A stretch of DNA of 64,000 bases from Leucoraja ocellata (lineage: Eukaryota). The notes beneath the pieces were generated by a model. That model was not told the origin of the DNA. It did not search any database and saw only the letters and a list, made by a program, of their open reading frames with translations. This document shows, piece by piece, positions 34,771 to 49,170 of the stretch. The stretch covers positions 9,176,001 through 9,240,000 of the forward strand of contig JAWMAR010000026.1 of the NCBI GenBank assembly GCA_036785375.1, written 5' to 3'. Within the stretch, counting starts at the first letter, position 1, and every line of letters starts with the position of its first letter. A program made the translations under genes and the position numbers.

Positions 34771-36950
34771 AGTTTGCCATGAAACGATTCTCGCGCACTG
34801 TGCACTTGAGGCCCAGGAAGCCTGAGGCCTGCTCCATTAGAGAGCGAGAGGAGAGAGTATCAATGTGTGTGTGTGAGAGAGAGAGAGAGATAGTGGGGAG
34901 AAACTGTAAAATAACTTAAAAACAATGGACTGAAAGGCAGTTTTGTGATCTGATCTTTCTCTGATAGCTTAACTACGAGAAACTAGATCGGCGAATAGAC
35001 GCTCACATGGTGAAGTCTGAGGCCTAAGGGGAAACAAAGTATTAAAAGCAAATCTTAGAAAGGAAAGAAAATGCTCTCACTAGTTATTTAGTTGTTGAAA
35101 GGGATGGGGGGGGGGGGGGGGGGAGTTGTAAGTTTGAGAAACGACGTAACTCGACGAGAGTTACTAACTCATTCGAGAGTGAGGCCTAATAAAGGATCAG
35201 TAAAAAGTGGGGGGAGGGAGTGAAAGGAGTTGGTGTGTTTACTATGTATATATGTTTTAATTCCCTTTGCGATGTTTTGTGTTTATCTTAAGTTTTATAT
35301 TGTTCTATTTGAATAGAAAGTTTGCAAAAAAAGCAAATTCATGAGCAACTTAGCAATTACTCATTAAGTTTCCAGCTTTGAAGTACTCTGGTTTAAAAAG
35401 TATTCATACCTTACACTTACACGCATGCCCTAATTTCAAATTAATGGAAAGTTCTCCAAGTGTTTTAGGCTTTCCTTTTTATAAGCTGATGATCAACAAA
35501 AGCAAATCATTCTGAAAACTCACTCCCAAGTACACCCGTTTCTCAAAAAGTTGAGCCTTTCTCACGTGTATTAGCCATTGGAGGAAAGGTAAAGGTGTTG
35601 AAAACAATTTGAATCTATACTGGAAAAATGTGAATTTCATTCTTTCACAGATAAATAGAAAAGTGGAATTGAGATCTGAAATGAATTAGCAAAATGCTTT
35701 GTAGTAATCAATTATTGGTGCACAGCGATGAACTGTCTTTTAGTGACCTATTTACACGTTAACTTTATGTACTTCAGATTTTATGGCATATTTTGGTCCT
35801 TTTAGGTGTGGGAAGTATTTTTGATTAACGGTGTCATTCATGTTCATAAGTTATAGGAGCAGAATTAGACAATTTGATCTATCATGGCTCCTCATTCTGC
35901 TTTTTATATTTAAGAAAAATGGCAATTCTTCGCTGTTATAGTAGTCACATAGTTTTTGGTGGCACATTACAGTAACATTCTGATGATCTGGCATCAGTTT
36001 TATTTGCAAATCCAGATGGTGTGGCACCCATATCATTAGTTTGGAATGTGACCCTAAAATCCACAGTGTAAGTGAGGTTTGCAGCCAGAGCTGGGGGTCT
36101 GGAGTACGGCCTACACCAGAATTGTGGGCTGGGTGTACAGCTGGAGTTGAAATTTGGGTCCAGAACTCCATTGGTCGGGTTTACTTGTAGATAGAGCTGG
36201 GGATTGGAATGTTTTACTTGGTGTACTCAATTTTTTACTCCATATAAACTCATGGATTCACTGGAAAATGTACCAGTGCATTAAAAACTGAAATAAGTGT
36301 ATGGATTTTAATAGGAGTAACATATAATAGTCTGAAAAATCTGACCAGCACTTCCAAAGTCCCATGAGTGCTGTATTATCAGTTTTATTTTAGTAATAAT
36401 TCGAAGTGACATGGCATCTTTGGGAAACTGAATTTAATTGGGGAGAGGAAAGGTACTGCAATATGATTAGAAAATAGGTTTTAAGCATTCGCCTTTTTCG
36501 TCTAAATTAGTTTGCCATTCATCAAGGCCAAGGCTTCCACCTCTCCCATTCTTACATGCATGCACATCTCTTGATTCCACTAATCTTCAGAAATTATCAA
36601 TTTTTGTTTGCATTAACTTAATGATTAGCCTTGTGCAGCCTCTAGGATAAAGAATTCCATAGACAACTCGGAATGAAGAAACTTCTCATATCAGTCTGAA
36701 ATGGCATCCCCTTATTGTGAGACTATGACCCTATTTCTGGAATTCTCAGCTAAGGGAAATTTCCTCCTGTGCACTCTGACCTTGCAAGAATTTTGTAAGA
36801 GTCAATGAGATTATCTCTCAATCTTCTAAACTTTAGGGAATAAAAGGCTAGTCTGTTTATATAACAAACATACTGTGCTGGGAAGTATTGTAAATCTTGC
36901 ACTTTTTACAGCAAGTGTATTTTAGGCATTGTGGATTGAATACTCAATTT

Positions 36951-39880
36951 CATAGAAAACATAGAAAATAGGTGCAGGAGGAGGCCATTCAGCCCTTCAA
37001 GCCAGCACCGCCATTCATTGTGATCATGGCTGAACGTTCCCAATCAATAACCTGTGCCTGCCTTCTCCCTATATCCCTTGATTCCACTGGCCCCTAAAGC
37101 TCTATCTAACTCTCTTAAATCCATCCAGTGATTTGGCCTCCACTGCCCTCTGTGGCAGGGAATTCCACAAATTCACAACTCTCTGGGTGTAAAGGTTTTT
37201 TCTCACCTCAGCCTTAAATGGCCTCCCCTTTATTCTTAGACTGTGGGCCCTGGTTCTGGACTCGCCCAACATTGGGAACATTTTTCCTGCATCAAGCTTG
37301 TCCAGTCCTTTTATAATAGATTCTCCCCCCCCCCCCCCCAATCCATCTTAACTCTAGTGAATTCAAGCCTAGTCTTTTCAATCTTTCCTCATATGACAGT
37401 CTCGCCATCCCAGGGATCAATCTCGTGAACCTACGCTGCACTGCCTCAATCACAAAGATGTCCTTCCTCAAATTAGGAGACCAAAACTGTACACAATACT
37501 CCAGATGTAGTCTTACCAGAGCCCTATACAACTGCAGAAGAACCTCTTTACTCCTATACTGAAATCCTCTAGTTATGAAGGCCACCATTCCATTAGCTTT
37601 CTTCACTGGCTGCTGTACCTGCACGCCAACTTTCAGTGATTGGTGTACAAGGACACCCAGGTCTCACTGCACCTCCCTCTTACCTAACCTAACCCCATTG
37701 AAATAATAATCTGCCACCTTGTTTTTGACACTAAAGTGGATAACCTCACATTTATCTATATTATACTGCATCTGCCCACTCACTCAACCTGTCCAAGTCA
37801 CACTGCAACCTCCTAACGTCCTTTTCACAGTTCACACTGCCACCTAGCTTTGTGTTATCTGCAAACTTGCAAGTGTTGCTCCCAATTGCCTCTTCCAAAT
37901 CATTAATATATATGATAAACTGTTGCGTACCCAACACCGAGCCTTGCGGCACTCCACTTGCCACTGCCTGTCATTCTGAAAAGGACCCATTCACTCCTAC
38001 TCTTTGCTTCCTGGTTGCCAACCACTTTTCTATCCATGTCAACACCCTTACCCCCAATACCATCTGCGCTAATTTTAGCCACCAATCTCCCGTGCGGGAC
38101 CTTATCAAAGGCTTTCTGAAAGTCTAGATACACTACATCCACTGACTCCTATTCATCCATTTTACTTGTCACATCCCCAAAAAATTCCAGAAGATTAGTC
38201 AAGCCTGATTTCCCTTTCATACATCCATGTTGACTTGGACAAATCCTTTTACTGCTATCCAAATGCCCCATTATTACCTCTTTAATAATTGACTCCAGCA
38301 TCTTTCCCACCAGCGAAGTCAGGCTAACTGGTCTGTAATTCCCTGTTTTCTCTCCTGCTCCTTTCTTGAAAAGTGGGATAACATTAGCTATCCTCCAATC
38401 CACAGGAACTGATCCTGAATCTATTGAACATTGGAAAATGATCACCAATGCGTCCACTATTTCTATAGCCACCTCCCTGAGGACCCTGGGATGCAGACCA
38501 TCAGGCCCAGGGGATTTTTCATCCTCGAGTCCCATTAGCCAACCCAATACTATTTCTCGCCTAATGAAAATGTATTTCAGTTCCTCTACCCCCTTAGATA
38601 CTCTGTCCTCCAGTACATCTGGGAGATTTTTGGGTCTTCCTTAGTGAAGACAGATCTGAAGTACTTGTCCAACTCTTCTGCCATTTCTTTGTTGCCCACA
38701 ATAATTTCACTCGTGTCTGCCTTCAAGGGACCCACATTTGACTTTGCTACTCTTTTCCCCTTAACATATCTAAAGAAGCTTTTACTGTCCTCCTTTATAT
38801 TCCTGGCCAGCTTTCCCTCGTACTTCATCTTTTCAGCCCTTATTGCCCGTTTTGTTTCCTTCTGTTGTCCTATGAAAGTTTCCCAATCCTCTGGCTTCCG
38901 GCTATTCTTTGCTGTGTTATACATATTTTCTTTTAGTTTTATTCTATCCCTAACTTCTCTTTTCAGCCACAGTTGCCTCCTACTGCCCTTAAAATCTTTC
39001 TTCCTTTTTGGAATGAAATGATCCTGCGTCTTCCAGAAATTCCTGCCATTGCTGTTCCACCGTCCTTCCTGCTAGGATCCCTTTCCAGTCTACCTTGGCC
39101 AGCTCCTCTCTCATACCTTCATAGTCCCCTTTGTTCAACTGTATCACTGACACTTCCGATTTAATCTTCTCCTTCTCAAATTGCTGATTAAAACAAATCA
39201 TATTAGGATCACTACCTCCAAGAGGTTCCTTTACCTCGCATTCTCTTGTCAAATCTGGTTCATTGGACAACACTAAATCCAGAATTGCCTTTTCTCTGGT
39301 CAGCTCCATTACAAGCTTGGTCAGCTCCATTACAAGCTGCTCTAAGAATCCATCTCGGAGACACTTTACAAACTCTTTATTGGAGTCCTGAACCAACCTG
39401 ATTTTCCCAGTCTACCTGCATAATGAAATCCCCCATCACCACAGTGGCATTACCTTTGTTACATGCCAGTTTTAACTCCTGCAACTTGCACTACATCCGG
39501 GCTACTATTTGGGGGTCTGTAGATAACACCAATTAGTGTCTTCTTGCCTTTAGATCAGATTCAGATTCAACTTTAATTGTCATTGTCAGTGTACAGTAGA
39601 GAGACAACGAAATGCAGTATCCTTTACAATTCCTCAACTCAATCCACAGTGACTCTACCTTGTCCGTCCCTATGTCTTCCCTTGCAAGGGATTGAATTCC
39701 ATCCTTCACCAGCAGAGCTATCCCCCCCCCCCCCCTCCCTCCTCTGCCCACGCCTGTCCTTCTGTAGGATGTATAACCCTGAATATTAAGTTCCCAGGCC
39801 CGATCCTCCTGCAGCCATGTCTCAGTAATCCCCACAATGTCATATCTACCAACCTCAAGCTCATCTACTTTACTTCTTAT
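36951..39880 (-). mobile_element. CR1 LINE ORF2, 5'-truncated within APE, disrupted (CNOT1 intron)
   Basis: (TTTTCTATG) tail; RT fragments (SGVPQGSVLG, FADN, DFQKAFDKVPH) and APE fragment (GITETW); 21-bp internal duplication at about 39298-39338. Confidence 0.9.
39553..39620 (-). mobile_element. 68-bp Rex/Babar-type LINE tail nested in CR1
   Basis: Same core as the copies at 15.3, 17.8 and 32.3 kb; TSD CCTTTA at 39547-39552 and 39621-39626. Confidence 0.82.
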
Positions 39881-41059
39881 ACATTTTACACATTTTACTG
39901 CAAATCTGTTCCTGAGTATTGACCCCTGCTAGAAGTTACGCAGGATAATAATGGTGGAGACGAGATGCGATGTGGCTTGAGTGCACCCTTAGCTGTCAAG
40001 GTTTGCTGGGCATGGTGAACTTAAAACAATTTGAAGCAATTGACAGAACGCTAAACTTTTTGTCCATACAGTTTAGTTTTACACTTTTGGAAACCAATTT
40101 GGAAGTAATTCAGAGGTTTTGTAGTATCAGCAAATTAAAACATGGTTCATGCAAAAACCAGCATTTGAAACTTCAAATGAGAGGCTTTGTCCTAATTGCG
40201 GTCTACTGTATGGCTGAGCCATACGGTGTTTCTTTTGGACAGCTACGTTAGGTGACTCGTGTATTTAAACACTTCGAGCATGAATGATCCACCTGGGTGA
40301 GAATTTTACAAATGCATTTGGGACAGAAACCCAGAGTTTGCCTTTAGGAAATCGGAGGATACTTAGGGTAAACTGTAATGCAGACTTAAAATGGGTATCA
40401 TATTAGTGTTGAAGCCTTTCTGATTTTAGGTGAGTATATACCAAATTGAAATTGCCTCCTCCTGACACGTCCAAATTATAGATTTAATGGTATTTTCAAT
40501 ATCTATAAGAATTTTTTATTTTAAGAAACTCAAATCTGATTTCAACATTTTTAAAGCTTTAATGTGTACCATCACCATAATATCATATGACTATTTCTCA
40601 GTAGTCTCACTTGTTATAGTGGGATACTTAAAAGGCTTCCCCCAATGAGTGGGAAACGTTTTTAAACTCTTTTTAGAGCTTCTAATGCTTTCCATTAATG
40701 AGTATCTGAGTTATAGATTGATAACCTTTTGTTTGATATTCTTTATAGATTGAAAATTAGAATTCCATTAGTTTCTTAACCTGAACTCTTGCCATCAAAC
40801 ATATGTATTTAATGTTCCAAGGACCCTTTGGTCTTCCACTATATTATGACTAGTTCAATCCTGGGTGTAATGTTTTTTCACTATGACTATCAACTTGCAT
40901 TTACACTGAATTCCAAATTTCTTAGCTCCTTCATCATATCAGTCTCGTTACATAGTTTTCTTTGGTATTCTAAACAATTAATCAAGCCTCTGGTATTATT
41001 TGAATGTTTTTATTGTTCTGAGGCTTTATCCCTTTTTTGATTGACACAATGAAGGGAAG

Positions 41060-42870
41060 TGGCCCTGGAAATTAGATCTTCACGATTCACTGGTAACCAG
41101 ATTTTAGCTTTGGAAATATTAATCAGATCAGGCTGTGTCTTCGGCAATTAGATTGTTAACCCCTCCTTAATTACAGGAATTGTAGGAGCACCACTTAAAA
41201 AGGCAATTAGAATGACAAAAAAGAGGACATGAAATGGATCTGATAGGCAAGATAAAGAAAAATCCAAAGAGACACTACAGGTAGATTAAGCGTAAAAGGT
41301 GTCTTGGTAACAAATACGTCTCCTTAAAGATCAGTGTGACTGTCTTTATGTAGAGCCACGAGATGAGAGAGTATTAAATAAATATTTCTCATCTGTTTTT
41401 ATTGAGCGGATGATGGAAACTAACAAATTAAATCATAAGAGTTGTGATGCCTTAGACTATATACAATTTGCAAAAGAGGAGGCATTGATGATTTTTAAAC
41501 TCATTAAGGTGGATAAATCCCCAGAGCCTGACCAAGTTCATCCTTGGACCCAAGATAGACACAAAATGCTCGAGTAACTTAGCAGGACAGGCAGCCTCTC
41601 TGGAGAGAAGGAATGGATGATGTTTTGGATCGAGACCCTTCTTCCTTGTGGCAAACTAGAAAGGAATTTTTGGAGGCCCTTGCAGAGATATTGGCATCAT
41701 CTTTAGCCACAGGTGAAGATCTGATAGAATAGAGAGTGACTAATATCCTGTTATTTAGGAAGGACAGCAGGGACAAGCCAGGGAACTACAGGCCAGTGAA
41801 TCTTATATCAGTGGTGGCAAAATTGTTGGAGGGTTATTTGAGGAACAGGGTCTATCAGCATTTAGATTGACAGATTCTGATTTGAAATAGGCAGCATGGG
41901 TTTGTGCACGTCTGAAAAAAATAGATCACATGAAGTCCAAGGTGAGTTAGCCAATAGGCTAAGAGGAAGGAGTCAAAGGTTGGTTGTGTAGGGTTGTTTT
42001 TCTGATTGAATGCCTGTGCCATGTGGGTCGGTGCTGGGTCTACTGTTCTTTACCTACATTAACAATTTGGATGATATCATTGTTAGTAAATTTGCAGATG
42101 ATACATAATTGGTGGTACAGTGTTGGTATATTGATTGGAAAGTTTACTACAGCATCTGGATCAGTTGGTAAGATAGGTCAAGTAATTGCAAATGAAGTTT
42201 AAGTGTGAGGTGTTGCAAACTGGGGCAGAACTCGCACAGGACTGGAAGGTATGGTGAAGACAATTGGCATGCTTGCCTTCATTGGGAAGAGTATTAAGCA
42301 CAAAACTTGGGGCATCACGATGCAGCTGTACAAATCATTGGTGACACCACATGTGGAGTACTGTTGGGTACAGTGCTGGTTGTCCAGCTATAGCAAGGAT
42401 GTGGTTAAGATGGAATGCAGAAGAGATTCAACAAGATGTTACTTGGACTTGAGGGCTTGAAATTTGAGGATGGGCACGATTGGCTGTGCCATCGTTCTTT
42501 AGAATGTAAGAGGCTGAAAGGTGACATTATTGAGGAGCATTGATAAATTGAGCACTCGCAGTCTTTTTCCCTGGGTAGAGGTATCTAAACAAGGGTGTAT
42601 AGGCTTAAGGTGAGAGGGGAGATATTTAAGAGGGGCCTCGGGGATGCTTTCACACAGGGTGGTTTGTGTCTCGAATGAACTGCCAGTGGAGTCTAAATGC
42701 AGATACAATTACAGCCTATAAATAATATTTGAACAGATATACGGATAGAAAATATTTAGACTGTTATGGGCCAAATGCAGGTATATGGGACTAACTCAGA
42801 AAACCAACACAATTAGCATGGGCAAGTTGGACTAAAGGGCCTGTTTCCACACTGTCTATCATTCTATTTG
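41060..42870 (+). mobile_element. Old degenerate CR1 fragment with a nested Penelope-derived repeat (about 41553-41645)
   Basis: AAGGTGGATAAATCCCCAG, GGGAACTACAGGCCAGTGA, QLYKSLVTPHVEYC and a CR1 3'UTR. Confidence 0.75.
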
Positions 42871-43979
42871 CAGGAAGATAAACTGTTGACATTTCAGTTA
42901 AAGACACTTCAGCAGAACTGTCTCTGATAGGGTAATATTGGGTTGAGCATTTGTATAAAAAAGAGATAACCAGCAGGTCATGCTGGGTGTGTCCTCCACT
43001 CAGAAAAAAGCAAATAAGCTGAGCTAATATCACAAATGGATAACAGAACCAGACCAACAAATCAAGTTACCGGAAGTTGGAGAATTCAACATCGAGTCCA
43101 GAAGCTACAACATATCGACTGAAAAAAAGGTGCTGTTCCTTAAGCTCGTGTCAGCCGTATATATAACAGTATAGGAGGGCTGGGAGTGTCTTTTACTCTG
43201 CATTTTTTTTTTTTGTCTGTTTTGTTCTCTAACTGCTCCCATTCATTCATTTTATCTTCTAAATTTTATCTAGTTTCCTGTTCTACAAAGGGTCTTTGAT
43301 CTGAAAGTTAACTTTCTTTCTCCTTCCACAGATGCAACTTAACCTGCCGAATATTCCCAATATTTTCTGTTTTTATTTTAGTTATCCAGCATCTGTAAAC
43401 ATTTTGATTTTCAAATTTTAGTCTTGTTTGTTGAATGTGTTTTAAATCTATACCTCTTCATTATGGCAATTAATTCTTTATGTGCTACATTGTTGAAGAT
43501 TTTCCATGGGAACTAATGTAATACACTTGACACCCTCTTAAAGAATAGAGGATTATCCATCTTGAGGTGCTTGCATACTTTAATAATTTAACTAAGATAA
43601 TATGATGACTGCTATCAGTTTTAGCTTTAGTACTCTGTAACATTCTTGTTTTTGGGCATGCAACTATAATTTAATAGACCTGTAATAGTTCTAAGCCTCT
43701 ATAATGTTGTTTATCTCCTTAAAGATCCTAATATGTACCATGCCAGGTGCTTGGTTTGTTTCTTAGCTTAACTAATTTTGATTTGGCATCAAAACATTGT
43801 AATCCATAATAATGTACATCTTGTCTCAATCAATTTGGGGTCGGCTCTTAGTTAATATCCTTCTCTGGGATAATGATGTAAACTGTTTAATATATTTTCC
43901 ATCCTATGAATTGATATTTTTTGTCACTAGCACATGAAAGTAGATATTGTGAAATTCACTACTTAAGGATCAAAAGATA

Positions 43980-45250
43980 ATTCTCAGTTTAAGGAGCCTC
44001 TGGAAAGAGAAACGTGACATTTCGGATCAAAATGTCTTTGCCAGAATTAAGAAAAAGAGAAAATAAATTGGTTTTAATTTTCAGAGAGGGAGCATGGATG
44101 GGTAGTACAAAGGCAATACCTCGGATAGATTGTAGCCAGGGTTGCTGTGGGGATACCTAAAGGTCAATAGATTTATTAGGGCAGTGTGAATGAACATTTA
44201 GAAAAGCTATGAAATGAGGACAGCTAGGACATGGGAATGTAAAGGTTTTGATGTACCGGCTCCGAGACCTGTTCAACTAATAGATAGAGGAAGACTGAGG
44301 CAATATCCCAGCTGCAAACCTTTAGAGAAATGATCAGGTCTGATAGAGAGATGATGAATAACCTGAAGTTGTAGAGCCCAATAGAGTGCAGAAAACTACA
44401 TTGTGTCCAGATGAAAGATGAGTATTATTCTTCAAACTTGCATTGGGCTATGTAGAACAAATGAGCTGCAGATACTGGTTTACACGAATCATCACCTATT
44501 TTGCTATTGTCTGTTACTATTGTAACGCGACTTTGAGTCTTAGAAAAGCGCTATAAAAATTAAATTTATTATTATTGTCTTCTCCAAGGATGCTGCCTGA
44601 TGCGCTGAGTTACTTCAACACTTGTTTGCATTGGGCCATGTAGTAACAGTGTTGACAGTGTAACAGCAGTCAGGTGGGATGGAAAATTAAAGTGGCAGGA
44701 AATTCAAGGTTGGCCCTGCAGATTGAACACAAATGTTTGCAATGCAGTTGCACAATCTGCATTTGATACCACAATGTAGGCACTGAGTGTATATAAATGG
44801 ATTGGAGGAAGAGCAGGCGAGTAGCTGCGCCACTTGTTTAGGTCCCTGGATGGTTGGAGAAAAGGTGAAAGGCCAAGTATTACATTTCTGCAGTTGCTTG
44901 GGAGGGTGCTGTTTGATTGGAAATAGTTTGTGGGGATAGTGGACAGAGAGGGGATGATATGTCCAGTATTGGAATCTTCTTGAAGCCTGGAAGAAATTGT
45001 TGAGGAATGACTTGTTAAATGAAGCTGATGGGGTGGAAGACGAAGATCAAAGTACCTATCCTTGCTCTGTCCAGGAGGCGGGATGGAATGTAAGTAGAGA
45101 AGTGAAAAATGAATGCGATCCTGACAAGGGTTCTGTTCACTGTGGTAGAGAGGAAGCCATGTGTTCAGGATGGCAGACATCTCGGGCATCTATGTGGAAA
45201 ATCTCGTCATCGGAGGAAATACAACAGAAGTGGAAGAATGGGGAGAGGTA
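43980..45250 (-). mobile_element. Degenerate Penelope-like element
   Basis: Reverse complement of the GIY-YIG C-terminal region (AAGATGAGTATTATTCTTCAAACTTGCATTGGGC) and of the terminal unit, resembling the plus-strand copies at 48.4 and 60.7 kb. Confidence 0.55.
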
Positions 45251-45289
45251 GGCATTTCAAACACTATTTAAGATTTTAAAGTTGACATA

Positions 45290-47370
45290 CTAATCTGTCA
45301 TAGAACATTGAGAGAAACTGGAAGAAATTGCAGTGGATTCAAATGGTGGAAATGTGTATCATCTGTGGTTACAGATGAGGTACTGGAAGACTAGAGGATG
45401 GCTAATGTTTAGCCTTTATTTAAGATGGGTTGCAAAAGCAAGCCAGTGAACAGACTTGCAAACCTAACATTAGTGGTGGGGAAGCTTATGGAGGGGATTC
45501 TGAGGGACAGGATTTAATGGTATTTGGAAGAACAAAGATTGATTTGTGCTTTGTGTTTGGGAAATCATGGCTCTCAAATTTGATTGAGATTTTTGGAGAA
45601 GTGACTAAGTGATGAGGGAAGGGCAGTCAATGTTGTCTCTCTTGTACGTTGTTGCTTCCAAGTAGGACATTTGGGCTGAGGAATGGTTAATTGAATTTTA
45701 ATACAGACAAATGTGAGATATTGCATTTTGGGAAATCTTAACATGGGCAGGATCTATGCAGTGAATGGTAGGGCTCTGGGGTGTGTTGCGGAACAGAGGA
45801 ATCGAGTTCCTTGAAAGTGGCGTCATGGATGGATAGTGTGTTCACAAAGGCTTTTGGCACATTAACCTTCATCAGTCCGAGTATAGAAGTCATGTTACAC
45901 CTACATAAGTCGTTGGTGAAGCCCCATTTAGAGCATTGTGGTCAGTTTTGGGCAACATTTTATAGGAAAGATATCAAGCTTGAAAGGGTCCAGAAAAAAA
46001 TTACCAATTTGTTGCTGGGAATTGAGGGACTGAGCTATAGGGAAAGGTTAAGCAGGCTTGGGCTTTATTATCTGGAGCACAGGTGGATAAGAGGTGAACT
46101 TATAAGGGTGTACAAAATCATGAGAGGAATAGATCGGGTAAATGTAGAATCTCTTGCCCAGAGTGGGGTAGTTGAGAGCCAGAGGTTTATGGTGAGAGGG
46201 AAAAGATTTAACAGGAACCTGAGGGGTAACATTTTTATACATAGGGTGGTGGTTGTATGGACCAAGCTGCCAGAGGAGGTACTTGACGCAGATACTATTG
46301 CAATGTTTAAGAAATATTTAGACAACTAAATGGATAGAGTTGGGGTTTATAGAGTAGAGGAATATAGGCCGAAAGCAGGCAGATGGGATGAGTGTAGATG
46401 GGGCATGTTGGTCGACGTGGGCAAATTGGGCCGAAGGGCATGTTCCCACGCTGTATGACTTTATGACTATGACATGGAAATTGACACGGTCCTGCATGGT
46501 AGACTATTCTGGAAGATTTGATAAATTGGGACCCAGAATGAGAGAGCCAAATGGAAGGAGACAAAGGGTAGTGTTTGTTGTTCACATTGGAGGCCCGTAA
46601 TCAGCAGTATGCTGTCTCCACTTTTTGTCTTCTCTGCTAATGATTTGGATGAGTGTTGTTAACATGATTAATAAATTTGCAGATTACAGCAAAATTGATG
46701 GTGTATTGGATAGAGAGGATGGTCAACTAAGATTAAACCAGTACCTTCATTAACTGTGAAAATTGTGAGGCAGGATTTGAGTTGTGTTGCATTTGGTTTA
46801 GTTAAACCAGGGCAGGACTTGTGCAATAAGTGGTCCTATCCTAGAAAGCGAGGAGGGATGGTGCATAGTTACCTGAAGGTGACAACGCTGGTAAACATGG
46901 CGAAGAAGACATGTGGCATGCTTACCATCATTGTTCAGGACATTGACTACAGGATACAGTTGGACTTTTTTTCCTCTAGAGTGTTGGAGGCTGAGGATTA
47001 ACCTTATAGAGGTATATGTATCATGAGTGGCATGAATGTGGATGGCTGGGTCTCCCCCCCCCCCCCCCCCCCCACCCCCACCCCCACCCCCACCCCTCCA
47101 TGATAGTGGATATGAAGGTAGAAGAATTAAGATGAGAAAGAAAATATATTTTCAGTGTGATGGGTATATGGAATGAACTGCAAGAGGAAGCTGTAGAGGT
47201 GGGAACAATGACAATGTTTAAAATTTGGACAAATATGGCATTTAGTACTTGGAAGGACGGTATCCCTTTGAGAGGAATGCAGGCAAAAGGAAATGTTTGA
47301 ATGATCATCTTAGTCAGGTTGATGAGTTGAGCAAAAGGGCCTGTTTCTGTTTTGTATAACTGATTCTATA
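45290..47370 (+). mobile_element. Two consecutive degenerate CR1 3' fragments
   Basis: ORF 45781-46329 (LVKPHLEHCGQFW...RVVVVWTKLPEE) with 3'UTR to about 46470, then a second older copy ending near 47370. Confidence 0.75.
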
Positions 47371-47394
47371 AATATGGTGTTTGGAAAGAGTGAT

Positions 47395-48080
47395 TCATGT
47401 GATAGAAGCAGAATTAGGCCATTTGGCTCATCAAGTCTACTTTGCCATTCATTCATGGCTGATCTATCCCTCTGAACCCCATTCTCCTGCCTTTTCCCCA
47501 TAACCCCCTGACACCCATACTATAAGAATCTATCTCTGCCCTAGAAATATCCATTGACTTGGCCTCTACAGCCTCCTGTGTCGATGAATTCCACAGATTT
47601 ACCACCCTCTGACTAAATAAATTCCTCTTCATCTCCTTCATAAAGGAACGTTCTTTTATTTAGAGGCTTCTCATCCTAGACCCACCAGTGGAAACCTCCT
47701 GTCCGCATCCACTGTATCCAAGCCTTTCATTATTTGGTAAGTTTCAAAGAGGTCCGCCCTCATCCTTCAGCGAGTAGAGGCCCATCACCATCAAATGCTC
47801 ATCATGTGGTAACCCACTCATTCCTGGGAACATTCTCGTAAACCTCTGGAACCTCTCCAGGGCCAGCATATCCTTCCTCTCAATAAATTGCTCACAATAC
47901 TCCAAATGCGGTCTGACTAGCGCCTTATAAAGCCTCAACATTACATCCCTGTTTTTGTATTCTAGTAGTTTTGAAATAAATGCTAGCATTGCAATTGCCT
48001 TCCTTACTACCGATTCGACTTGCAAATTAACTTTTTGGGAATTCTGCACCAGCACTCCCAAGTCCCTTTGCACTTCCGAA
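47395..48080 (-). mobile_element. CR1 3' fragment
   Basis: LYKALVRPHLEYCEQF, FSQRVVNLWNS and a CR1 3'UTR. Confidence 0.85.
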
Positions 48081-48359
48081 TGGGAGGGAATGCAATTATT
48101 GCTTGTATTAGGAGGTGGAAAGTTAATGAATTCTAATCTTGATTGTTACCTAAAGATGCTGCTGAAAGTATATCTATCTGGAGATCAAGATAGACTTTCC
48201 TTCTTGGCACTCAGTGTGAAGGCTTGCATCAATTTTCATTTATGTAATAGTGTTGTAACTATCCATGAATAGTTTAGTGTCTTTAAGATGAAGAAAAAAA
48301 TAAACGGGCAGGGAAACAAGCTGCACAAAGTTAAATAATTTGAGGAGTGTTGAAAAGAG

Positions 48360-49170
48360 GAAGTACAGATGCTGGTTTTCACAAAAGGACACGAAATGCT
48401 GGAGAAACTGAACATGTGGTTCTGCCCCCTCCCCCCAGATGGAACATGGATAGAGTTCCCTGGTCCTCACCTTTCACCCTACCAGCCTCTGCATCCAACC
48501 CATTCTCCTCCAACAGTTCCATCACCTCCAACCTTCTATACAGTAGCAACATCAAGCATAGACTGGCCATTTTTGCCAAACGCTTGCGCTTGGTCCGCCA
48601 AGGTCAACTGGATCTCCTGGCTGCTAACCATTTTAACACCCCTTTCCATACCATCCTCTTTGTCCTGGGCCTCCTCCATTGACAGAATTTTAACTCCCAT
48701 TCCCATACTTGCTTTTCTGTCCTGGGCCGCCTCCATTGCCAGAGTAAGGCCCCATGTAAACTGGAGGAACAACATCTTGGGTAGCTTATAACCCAATTGT
48801 ATGGTAATTGAATTCTCCAATTTTAAGTTACTACGATCAACCACCCCCCCTTCCCCCACCTCTTGTACCCTTTCTCCATTTCTCTCCTCCTTCATAGTTC
48901 CTCTGTCTTCATAATTTGCAACTTCATTCCTTCTTTCTCACACCTTCTCATTTAATCGCCAACCTTTGTTCAAACCATATGCCTATCGAAAAATCCCACT
49001 GACCTGTCCACTTATACCTGCTAGTCTTTATGTTGCCTTTCCTCTCCCCCAGCTTCTTTTCCTCCCTCCACAATACACTAAAGAAAGGTCCCAACCTAAA
49101 ATACCACCTATCCAAGTTCTTCAGAGATGATGCCTGACCCGTTGAGTTATTCCAGATCTCTGTGTCAATT
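48360..49170 (+). mobile_element. Degenerate Penelope-like element 3' part
   Basis: GIY-YIG remnants (KHRLAIFAKRLR, ANHFNTPFH, VLGLLH, AAACTGGAGGAACAACATCTT) followed by the terminal hammerhead-like unit; an inverted piece of that unit lies at the left end. Confidence 0.7.
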
